The notes beneath the pieces are model-generated. The model was not told the origin of the DNA, ran no database searches, and was given only the letters and a program-made list of their open reading frames with translations. This document shows positions 19,611 through 27,982 of a stretch of DNA of 64,000 nt, in pieces. The stretch comes from Sedimentisphaerales bacterium (lineage in GTDB: Bacteria > Planctomycetota > Phycisphaerae > Sedimentisphaerales > SM23-30). The DNA is taken from NCBI GenBank assembly GCA_963663965.2, contig CAXXFK010000035.1, positions 11,468 through 75,467 of the forward strand, written 5' to 3'. How positions within the stretch are numbered: the first letter of the stretch is position 1; every line of letters begins with the position of its first letter. The position numbers were made by a program, and so were the translations under genes.

Positions 19611-21455
19611 ATGAAGAAATCACTTATTATCGCCATTTCATGCCTAATATTGACACAGAGCGTCTGGGGGCAATGGAAAATGGCAGAGAAATCAATTGTG
19701 AGTCGATGGGCCAGGGAAGTCACCCCAGAAAACGCCTGGCAGGAATATCCCCGTCCCCAGATGGAACGCAGCGACTGGATGAACCTGAACGGCCTTTGGG
19801 ATTATGCACTTCAGAATCGAACTAAAGCCGAACCTAAAAATTATGATGGCAAAATCCTGGTTCCCTTCTGTGTTGAATCGTCATTATCCGGAGTTGGCCG
19901 GGAAGTGCTGCCTGAACATAAAATCTGGTATAAACGGAGTTTTAAAGTACCCGCCGGGTGGTCTGGCAAACGGATCATTCTTAATTTCGAGGCGGTAGAC
20001 TGGGAATGTGTCGTCTGGATTAATGGCGCCTGGCTGGGCGGCCATAAAGGGGGTTATGATCGGTTCAGTTTTGATATAACGGATTATTTAAAATCAGGTC
20101 AACAGGAATTAGTTGTTTCGGCCTGGGATCCAACCAGCTATGGCACTCAGGCACGTGGCAAACAACAAAATTCCCCTCGCGGAATCTGGTATACCCCGGT
20201 CAGCGGGATCTGGCAGACCGTCTGGCTAGAGGCCGTTGCGCAGGAAGCAGCCATTCAGGAAATCAAGATCATTCCATCGGTTGATAACAGCAGTGTCACG
20301 GTGATTCCAATGGGTTTTGAGCCGGCCACCCAGAATCAGCAGGTCAAAGTCACGGTTCTTGACAATGGCAAATCGGTAGCCAGCGGCTCCGGCCAGTTGG
20401 ACAAAGCTATAACTATTAAACTGAACAATCCCAAATTATGGTCACCCGACAGTCCTTATCTCTATGATCTCAAGATTGAACTCTCCAATGCCCCGGGGAA
20501 TAATGCTGCTGGAAAAGTCGTCGATACGGTATCCAGCTATTTTGGCTTGAGAAAAATCAGTCTGATGGATGGGGCTAATGGCAAAGTCCTTGCCCTGAAT
20601 AACCAACCGTTATTCCATTATGGACCGCTGGATCAGGGCTGGTGGCCGGATGGTCTGCATACCCCACCTTCAGACGCGGGCATGAAATACGATCTGGAAA
20701 TGACCAAGGCGATGGGCTTTAACATGATCCGTAAACACATTAAAGTGGAACCGGCCCGATGGTATTACTGGTGTGACAAACTGGGATTGATGATCTGGCA
20801 GGATATGCCCTCAGCCATGGTTGTGCCACGACCGGAAGCCCGCGAGTGGGGTCCTCAACATATCCGTGATGACGCACCAGACCTGTATCGCCGTAGTGAC
20901 GCCGCCGCCCAGTTTGAATGGGAGTTAAGACGCATGATCGATTTACGAGGTAATGCGCCATCGATCGTTATCTGGGTGCCATTTAATGAAGGCTGGTGCC
21001 AGTATGACACCTGCCGTATCACAGAGTTTGTCAAATCTTATGACCCGACCCGGTTAGTTAACTCCATTAGTGGCTGGGCCTTGCGGCCTTGCGGCGATGT
21101 TTATGATATTCACACCTATCAGGTTCAGGTGACCGTTCCGGAGATGCAAAAAGACCGGGCGACTGTTATTGGTGAATATGGTGGTATTGGATATCCGGTT
21201 AAAGGGCATCTATGGAATCCTGAAATGCGTAACTGGGGCTATCAAACCTACCAGAGCCAGGAAGAACTGCTGAAAAACTATATTCATAAGTTTAACCAGA
21301 TCGTCGAGATGAAGAAAAACGGGTTATCCGCCGCCGTCTATACCCAGACAACCGACGTGGAAGGCGAAGTGAATGGCTTGATGACATACGACCGGGAGGT
21401 AATAAAGATCGAAGCCGATACGCTGAAGCAAATGCATGACGTTTTATATCATTAA
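19611..21455 (+). CDS. Secreted glycoside hydrolase family 2
   Basis: Signal peptide; EYPRPQM, NLNGLW, LWSPDSPYLY, GPLDQGWWPDG, WVPFNEGW, GEYGG, YTQTTDVEGEVNG. Confidence 0.92.
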   Translation: MKKSLIIAISCLILTQSVWGQWKMAEKSIVSRWAREVTPENAWQEYPRPQMERSDWMNLNGLWDYALQNRTKAEPKNYDGKILVPFCVESSLSGVGREVLPEHKIWYKRSFKVPAGWSGKRIILNFEAVDWECVVWINGAWLGGHKGGYDRFSFDITDYLKSGQQELVVSAWDPTSYGTQARGKQQNSPRGIWYTPVSGIWQTVWLEAVAQEAAIQEIKIIPSVDNSSVTVIPMGFEPATQNQQVKVTVLDNGKSVASGSGQLDKAITIKLNNPKLWSPDSPYLYDLKIELSNAPGNNAAGKVVDTVSSYFGLRKISLMDGANGKVLALNNQPLFHYGPLDQGWWPDGLHTPPSDAGMKYDLEMTKAMGFNMIRKHIKVEPARWYYWCDKLGLMIWQDMPSAMVVPRPEAREWGPQHIRDDAPDLYRRSDAAAQFEWELRRMIDLRGNAPSIVIWVPFNEGWCQYDTCRITEFVKSYDPTRLVNSISGWALRPCGDVYDIHTYQVQVTVPEMQKDRATVIGEYGGIGYPVKGHLWNPEMRNWGYQTYQSQEELLKNYIHKFNQIVEMKKNGLSAAVYTQTTDVEGEVNGLMTYDREVIKIEADTLKQMHDVLYH

Positions 21456-21480
21456 CCAACAACAACTTCATCGATAAATA

Positions 21481-21523
21481 AAAGCCCCCATACTGATTTA
21501 CGCTTCGGTATGGGGGCTCTTTT
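21481..21523. terminator. Terminator between the GH2 gene and the convergent small ORF
   Basis: AGCCCCCATACTGA...TCGGTATGGGGGCT plus CTTTT. Confidence 0.75.
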
Positions 21524-21635
21524 CAAAATAGCTGAGCTGATACACGAGTATTGGTTATTCGCCAAATCAGGCAAAGAGCATTTGCTGTACCTGATCCAGG
21601 CGACAAATATTTATACTTTTTATTCAATCGTACCG

Positions 21636-21830
21636 TTAATGATCCTGCTTCGATTTAGCACGATAGGCCGTTGTTGGAATCACACCCATACTGACGGCCA
21701 CATTAATCATTTCACCAACATTGAGGCCGCCGTTGAGACGATGCAGTTCATAGAGAACCTGTTGGGCCTCGAGGTTGGCGATGGAACGTTCGCGTTGATT
21801 GACTTTGTTGTTTCTGACACGTTGTCTCAT
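21636..21830 (-). CDS. Small hypothetical protein (64 aa) downstream of an attenuator
   Basis: GGAGG RBS 5 nt before ATG; only ORF downstream of a promoter-leader-terminator unit. Confidence 0.6.
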   Translation of the reverse strand: MRQRVRNNKVNQRERSIANLEAQQVLYELHRLNGGLNVGEMINVAVSMGVIPTTAYRAKSKQDH

Positions 21831-21913
21831 GATAGCCTCCAGTGAGCCGGCTCTATGCGCAGAATCTGCGCGGGCACTTACGACTCTGTTGTAAGATTAA
21901 AAAAACCGTTAAC

Positions 21914-21998
21914 AAAAAAAGCCGCTGTCAGGTGGTTCTGGCAGCGGCTTTTTTAAATTTTGGATATTTATGTTCGTTTACCCGCCACTGCCAGGACC
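21914..21998 (-). promoter_or_regulatory. Transcription attenuator (antiterminator 21984-21998; terminator 21914-21954)
   Basis: Terminator GCCGCTGCCAG-AACCAC-CTGACAGCGGC-T7; upstream GGTCCTGGCAGTGGC pairs at 14 of 15 positions with the terminator 5' arm and loop. Confidence 0.75.
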
Positions 21999-22112
21999 TT
22001 TCACAAAATATTTCTTAATGCACGAGGTCTGCATGGAAATACCGGAAGTCATGCGATGCCATGTGGCCGCATGCTTCAGGCTGGCAGATAGGATGGATCG
22101 GGTATTGAACAT
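21978..22112 (-). CDS. Putative 44-aa leader peptide MFNTRSILSASLKHAATWHRMTSGISMQTSCIKKYFVKGPGSGG
   Basis: GAGG RBS, ATG at 22112, TAA at 21978; last codons overlap the antiterminator; not in the ORF track. Confidence 0.6.
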   Translation of the reverse strand: MFNTRSILSASLKHAATWHRMTSGISMQTSCIKKYFVKGPGSGG

Positions 22113-22157
22113 TAATTGCCTCGTTACTATTTACTAATAAAGATTACTTCTATATTG

Positions 22158-22186
22158 ACTATAGCCGCTAAACGGTCATTTGTCAA
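22158..22186 (-). promoter_or_regulatory. sigma70 promoter for the leader/attenuator unit
   Basis: TTGACA-N17-TATAGT. Confidence 0.75.
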
Positions 22187-22264
22187 TATCATTCTAAAAT
22201 AAATATCGTCATCAACATGGATTATCTTTATCTGAAAAGAATAAAACTCCAGTAATGATCAGAC

Positions 22265-23104
22265 TTAAGGAAACAGACGTTCGATTAACGCTTCAAACAT
22301 AGCCCGGTTGTCTCCAGGCCCGGTTCCACTCCCGGTAGCTACCGTAATATTGCCCCAACGCCCGTTGGTTTCGTTATCGACAGAACACAATAGTTTATCA
22401 TCACAGAAATTCACATGGCCATCACCAAACAAGGTATTAAAGCCCTCAGGATTTCCAGCCCGGCCATGCGATCTATGATTATTGGTAATCCAATGATAAA
22501 TAAAATCAAAAACAACCGGTTTGCTATTCAACTGGTCAAGCGTTTTTTTGCCATGGACCCAGTAATCATAATTCAGCCGAATCAGATCATCACCCGGCAG
22601 GAAATAAGTTCCCCAATGACCATCCTGGGTGTAAGCTTCATAGGTATATTTCCGGACATAATCCGATTCTCTATTCTGCTGACTGATGCAATAAAGCATT
22701 TCAGGCTTATCTACGTAACCTTTGCCCGAATAAGCATTGTAGAGTTTACCCAGTTGAAAAGATTTTAACTGGTCCGTCGTCCCGGATTTAAATTTGCCAC
22801 CAATGTGAGTAATATAGGCCTGAAAGGGCTGATAAGTATTACCCGGTTTGCTGTAATCATAACTTTCATTGCCCGTATTACGGTCAACCTGAGGCGGGAT
22901 TCTAAGGTTATTATCTTCTTCATAGCAACGCAAAGCCAAGCCCATACTGTGAAGATGGGAACTGCACACCTGACGTTTGGCGGCCATCCGCGCCTTATTG
23001 AGTGCCGGCATGAGAATAGCCACCAGCAAAGCAATGATGGAAACTACTACTAACAATTCAATCAGAGTAAAACCATGACTTTTTTTTGTTCCAGGGTACG
23101 TCAT
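22265..23104 (-). CDS. Prepilin-type N-terminal cleavage/methylation protein with H-X9-DG-type C-terminus (DUF1559-like)
   Basis: GFTLIELLVVVSIIALLVAILMPALNKAR, CSSHLHSMG, NTLFGDGHV. Confidence 0.9.
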   Translation of the reverse strand: MTYPGTKKSHGFTLIELLVVVSIIALLVAILMPALNKARMAAKRQVCSSHLHSMGLALRCYEEDNNLRIPPQVDRNTGNESYDYSKPGNTYQPFQAYITHIGGKFKSGTTDQLKSFQLGKLYNAYSGKGYVDKPEMLYCISQQNRESDYVRKYTYEAYTQDGHWGTYFLPGDDLIRLNYDYWVHGKKTLDQLNSKPVVFDFIYHWITNNHRSHGRAGNPEGFNTLFGDGHVNFCDDKLLCSVDNETNGRWGNITVATGSGTGPGDNRAMFEALIERLFP

Positions 23105-23509
23105 AGAAACGCTCCTATATAAAAGACCAAAACACTATTTTAACCGTTTTAATATCTCAAATATTGAGTAAATTCCATAAAACCTAATTGAATAATCACA
23201 AAAATTTTCACGAGAATCAACTGGGTTGGGATGGATAGTCAATCAGAAACTTACCAAAAAACTCTCTGTTCTTCCCGTCAATGATATTCATCATAGAATT
23301 ATTCAATACTGACCACTCAACGAGTATCAAGATGCCGTAAAAAATAATTCAAAATACTATTCAGAACTACTATAAATTCGATAACCAAGATATCAATATT
23401 ATGACATCACCGGTTGCTGAAATCAACTATTTTTCGTACAAATAAGCCGTTTTCAGTTATTCATATATGGAACTTTTCATATTTCACATTTGAATAAAAC
23501 TATCAAAAA

Positions 23510-25009
23510 TCACGATGTTTCGCTGGATTCTTCGCGACCAACGGTGCGGATACAGGCGTGGATATCATAAAAATGGGCTTTACGAAGATACTGGGTAACC
23601 AGAGACAATACGTAGCCAAAACCGCCATCCCCCGCCAGTTCGGGATCGTAGATATCGATACGCCAGTCATTATCCAGAATGGGCCAGGCCTTTTTCAGGA
23701 TATTGCGTTCCACGAGTTTGGCGACGATACGATTGTCGGCGTTGCGAACGTAAAACTTACGACGCAAGGCAATCGAAGCGGTAAATACCCAGGAGCCAAA
23801 GAAATCCATATCGACATCGTATGAGCGACTCCGGAAAATCAGTTTATAGCCGGGCCCCCAATCGAGCAGGCGCCGCAGGCCCATCTTATCCCAGCGCTCG
23901 AAGGTGTTGGCATCGAGTCCGCCCACACTATCTTCAAGATCATCATCCATTTCTTCTTCGATATCGATATCGCCATCATCCCCCCGTTTAATGTTAAAAC
24001 GCAAACACATCAGGCATTTTTCATCATGAGCATAACTGTCACCAAAAGCCCTGGTGGATTTGGAGCGGGTACGACGGGGTGATTCTTCCATGTAGGCACG
24101 GCGCACCAGGGTTTTGCTCTGGCCATCGACCGTCAATAAATATCTGATAAAAACCCGCTTGGAATCGACCTGACCTTCGCTGATTCCACGCGGTTCAATA
24201 TCGGTTTTATAGGAAATATAGGTATGTTCAAGGGCGCTTCGGGTGGGATAATTAAATGCCGTCACCGCCACACAGATACGTTCATTCTCATCGGTATTGG
24301 TGGCCCAGTCCGGCAGGTGGACACCTGCTTTACCCAAAAACGGCAAGAGGCGGACTTTACGCCCAATAACCCAGTTTTTCCAGGAAAGTTTTTCTGTCAG
24401 CCAAGCATAGCCATTCACCTCGACCCGGCGTAAGGTGGGCCCATGTTTACGGGAGGCAGCCAAACCAAATAATAACATAAAAATGATAACGCCTAGAAGT
24501 CCTGTTATTAATTTAGCAGTAATCTGTAACGCGGGCGCCAGATTAGCCAAAGCGTCACCTCCATGGTTCTGAATAATGCCAACTGACCCACGATAGAGCG
24601 AATCAAGCGGGCCCACTACGTAAAAGAGTAAGCCGGTTCCCGGCAATGCCAATGCCAGTAAAACCAGATATACCATCAAAAAATTCCATGGTTTAATATC
24701 CGAATCAGGTTCATTACCGGAAGGGTGGGCCGCAAGCCACTTTACTGTGGCGTTATGCTTGACATAAGCTTTGACCAGTTGACCTGCCAGCCATAACAGC
24801 AAGAGACCTGTTAGTAAAAAAGCCATTTTGAGCCAGGCGGCAGACCAACCGGTATTCGTCAAGGCTTCTGTCATGCTGTTTTGAAGCTTATCAAAGGATT
24901 GGCTTACCGATTCCTGCTTGAGCAACTGGCGATTGACCAACTGAGCGCTGCCCAACAGGATACCATACAAAATCGTACCTTTGCCATATTCCCGAATCAG
25001 ATCACGCAT
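23510..25009 (-). CDS. Hypothetical membrane protein, possible LURP-one/tubby-like C-terminal domain
   Basis: N-terminal TM helices; C-terminal KFYVRN...IVAKL...DWRIDI pattern; start moved to 25009, 1 nt after the upstream stop. Confidence 0.65.
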   Translation of the reverse strand: MRDLIREYGKGTILYGILLGSAQLVNRQLLKQESVSQSFDKLQNSMTEALTNTGWSAAWLKMAFLLTGLLLLWLAGQLVKAYVKHNATVKWLAAHPSGNEPDSDIKPWNFLMVYLVLLALALPGTGLLFYVVGPLDSLYRGSVGIIQNHGGDALANLAPALQITAKLITGLLGVIIFMLLFGLAASRKHGPTLRRVEVNGYAWLTEKLSWKNWVIGRKVRLLPFLGKAGVHLPDWATNTDENERICVAVTAFNYPTRSALEHTYISYKTDIEPRGISEGQVDSKRVFIRYLLTVDGQSKTLVRRAYMEESPRRTRSKSTRAFGDSYAHDEKCLMCLRFNIKRGDDGDIDIEEEMDDDLEDSVGGLDANTFERWDKMGLRRLLDWGPGYKLIFRSRSYDVDMDFFGSWVFTASIALRRKFYVRNADNRIVAKLVERNILKKAWPILDNDWRIDIYDPELAGDGGFGYVLSLVTQYLRKAHFYDIHACIRTVGREESSETS

Positions 25010-25010
25010 A

Positions 25011-25664
25011 TCATGTACCCCCGAAAAGGTTAAACGATTCATAAATAAATCGCAGGCCAAAAACAAACATTGCCATTCCACAAATTACAATAATACCCTT
25101 TTGGAGTTTTCCTCCCATTAAGCGGGCACCTTTAAAGCTGGCTGATGACAGAATCGTAAACCATATCAGATCGCAAAGCCAGTGTAGTCCGGCGAATACG
25201 ATAAAAATATGAATTCCAAATTCCCGAGCAATACAAGCCCGGGATAATCCAATGGTAGCCCACCAAAGCAGGAAGAAGGAGTTTGTCGCGGTAAGGATAA
25301 TTCCTAACCAGATTGGGTGGCTTTGATTTAGAAAAGAACTGGAATCATCAGTTTTTTTTAAACCGATCAAAGCCAGATAAGCCAACCAGAGCATAAACGC
25401 CCCGCCGATAAGAGAAATCCAGGCTCGAACGAGTTCATTTTCCAGAGCGACACCCATCCCCAGAAAGAGCAGGAACATAAGGGGGAATTCTACAATGCCA
25501 TGGCCGATCGCAACCAGGGCGCCAGCAAACTGAGTGCGCAACCCGGCATTCAGAACGGCAACGGTAATCGCACCAGGCATCATGACTCCGGTGAGGGATA
25601 TGGCAATCCATTGCAGGAGAAATCTGGCCGGATTACCGTCTGTTATTAACAGAATATCAGACAT
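25011..25664 (-). CDS. LysE family translocator
   Basis: SLTGVMMPGAIT, GHGIVE, GGAFMLWLAY, GIILTATNSFFLLWW. Confidence 0.88.
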   Translation of the reverse strand: MSDILLITDGNPARFLLQWIAISLTGVMMPGAITVAVLNAGLRTQFAGALVAIGHGIVEFPLMFLLFLGMGVALENELVRAWISLIGGAFMLWLAYLALIGLKKTDDSSSFLNQSHPIWLGIILTATNSFFLLWWATIGLSRACIAREFGIHIFIVFAGLHWLCDLIWFTILSSASFKGARLMGGKLQKGIIVICGMAMFVFGLRFIYESFNLFGGT

Positions 25665-26232
25665 ATCTGCTTTCTTTTCAATTAACTATGCATATCGGTT
25701 ATAAATAATAACCGCATACAAATCATAAGTTTAAGGGAGCCGTATCAGTAACTATTATAAAAGTCCCCTTTTAGTCGGTCAAGTTGCTATGGTGTTACAA
25801 CGTTATAAGAATCTGCTCTAGTGGTTTGTTTCATAACCTTAAATTAAAGTCAATAACCACATGCCCTTATCGCTATAATTGCCGTAAATGGCTTCGTTTG
25901 GTCACGACTACCAAACGAAAATGCAACTGAGCACGGCTCACACCCAACACATAAAGGATTCATTTTTAATCGCACTCAAGAATAAAGCCGGCCTACAGGG
26001 CGATCTGGCATAAAACAGAACAATATTATAGTCATATCGTATTATATATCAATGATTTATGTTATTTTTTTCATAGAATGGGTTCGTTTGGCAATTCACT
26101 CTATTAACGATCAAAATTAACCTGTTCATATTAAATTATCGGAGAGCGACCGTAGGGTATATTTCAATCGTTTGAGATTGTTTAAATATTGAACTGTTGG
26201 AATTATATGTCTTAGTTTTACTAACAGTCAAA

Positions 26233-26269
26233 CAAAATCCCGAGTTTATATTAATAATAAACTCGGGAT
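26233..26269 (-). terminator. Terminator after trpB2
   Basis: ATCCCGAGTTTA...TAAACTCGGGAT followed by TTTGTTT on the minus strand. Confidence 0.7.
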
Positions 26270-26319
26270 ATCAATTTTATTACATGACACCCATCTAACT
26301 GGGCACACCAATAGAGCTA

Positions 26320-27708
26320 TTACCATTTACCGGATTTAGCCATACTGGGTTTGGGATATTTTTCTAAAACTCTGACGGACTTCTCAAAGTCTTCCTGAGG
26401 CAACGGATGGTCCACGAGCTGACCTTCGAGATAGGCCTGATAGCCCTTGAGGTCCATGAGGCCGTGGCCGCTCCAGTTCATGATAATGACTTTTTCTTTG
26501 CCTTCTTCTTTGGCTTTATTCGCTTCGCGAATAGTAGCCGCGATGGCATGGCTGGTTTCGGGGGCACTGATAAAGCCTTCGGTGCGGGCCCAGAGCAAGG
26601 CCGCTTCAAAACATTCGGTTTGATTAATTGCCATGGGATTCAGTAATCCTTCGACGGTGGCCTGGGAAACCAGCGGCGCCATACCATGATAACGGAGTCC
26701 GCCAGCGTGAATGGGAGATGGTACAAAGGCGTGCCCTAGCGAATGCATCGGGAGCAGAGGAGTCATTTCAGCAGTATCGCCATGGTCATAAACGAAGGGA
26801 GCCCTGGTCAATGTCGGACAGGAGGCCGGTTCGACAGGGATAATGTCAATATTGGCGCCATGGATCTTGTCGGCGACAAACGGAAAGGACAGCCCAGCGA
26901 AGTTGCTACCGCCGCCGGCACAGCCGATCACGACATCCACTTTATTTTCACCGGCCATCGCCAGCTGTTTTTTGGCTTCCAGTCCGATAATTGTCTGATG
27001 AAGCATGACATGATTAAGAACACTTCCCAGCGAATAACGGGTTTCACCTTTGGGATCGGTGACCGCGGCTTCGATCGCTTCACTGATGGCAATACCCAGG
27101 CTGCCGGGGGTATCCGGGTCTTTTTCGAGAATGGCGCGGCCGGCGTTGGTCTCCATACTGGGACTGGGAATACAAGTACCGCCCCAGGTTTCCATCATTA
27201 GGCGGCGGAAGGGCTTCTGGTCGAAGCTGATACGCACCATAAATACCTTGCATTCCAGGCCGATCAGGGCACAGGCGAAACTCAGGGCGCTGCCCCATTG
27301 GCCGGCACCGGTTTCGGTAGTGAGTTTTTTAATACCAAACTTCTTATTGTACCAGGCCTGTGGAATGGCAGTATTGGGCTTATGGCTACCGGCCGGGCTG
27401 ACCCCTTCATTTTTATAATAGATACGGGCAGGGGTACCCAAGGCTTCTTCCAGATATTTGGCGCGATAGAGCGGGCTGGGACGCCAGCGATAGAGGATAT
27501 CCAGGATTTCTTCGGGGATATCGATCCAGCGATCCTGGCATACTTCCTGCTCAATCAGATTCATTGGGAATACGGGAGCGAGCATATCGGGACTGATTGG
27601 ATTGCCATCCGGCCCCAGCGGCGGCTGTAAGGGAGTAGGCAGATCGGCTGCCAAATTATACCATTGACGGGGAATGTCTTTTTCGCTGAGGAAATACTTA
27701 ATTGTCAT
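26320..27708 (-). CDS. trpB2: TrpB-like PLP-dependent enzyme (tryptophan synthase beta chain 2)
   Basis: [53 protein letters not shown]; no adjacent trpA. Confidence 0.93.
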   Translation of the reverse strand: MTIKYFLSEKDIPRQWYNLAADLPTPLQPPLGPDGNPISPDMLAPVFPMNLIEQEVCQDRWIDIPEEILDILYRWRPSPLYRAKYLEEALGTPARIYYKNEGVSPAGSHKPNTAIPQAWYNKKFGIKKLTTETGAGQWGSALSFACALIGLECKVFMVRISFDQKPFRRLMMETWGGTCIPSPSMETNAGRAILEKDPDTPGSLGIAISEAIEAAVTDPKGETRYSLGSVLNHVMLHQTIIGLEAKKQLAMAGENKVDVVIGCAGGGSNFAGLSFPFVADKIHGANIDIIPVEPASCPTLTRAPFVYDHGDTAEMTPLLPMHSLGHAFVPSPIHAGGLRYHGMAPLVSQATVEGLLNPMAINQTECFEAALLWARTEGFISAPETSHAIAATIREANKAKEEGKEKVIIMNWSGHGLMDLKGYQAYLEGQLVDHPLPQEDFEKSVRVLEKYPKPSMAKSGKW

Positions 27709-27909
27709 AGAGGAAACTCCTGTAATTTAGCGCCATCGTATTGTTGAAAAGGCACCACAAAAGATTTAACTCATTACCTAACAGAAACTTACCGTAATTT
27801 CTGATCGAATTAATCATAAGTTGATTTAATTTTACCATAAAACCCAAATCAGACCAATCAAAAAACACTAAAAGGTCATCCCGGCATCCGATTGATTTCA
27901 TATCAAATG

Positions 27910-27944
27910 AAAGACCGGGGCCACCCATGAGGGCGCCCCGGTCT
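27910..27944 (-). terminator. Terminator after LamG gene
   Basis: AGACCGGGGC...GCCCCGGTCT stem with short T-run on the minus strand. Confidence 0.6.
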
Positions 27945-27982
27945 GATAAGAGCTAAATCATACTGGATTGAGTCTAACTAAA

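Noticed and set aside
21510..21845. 111-aa plus-strand ORF
   Set aside because: Starts inside a terminator hairpin with no RBS; the antisense 64-aa ORF has much better signals
25887..26092. Short repeated motif AATGG(C/G)TTCGTTTGG, two copies, one in a hairpin
   Set aside because: Too short and too few copies to support an element
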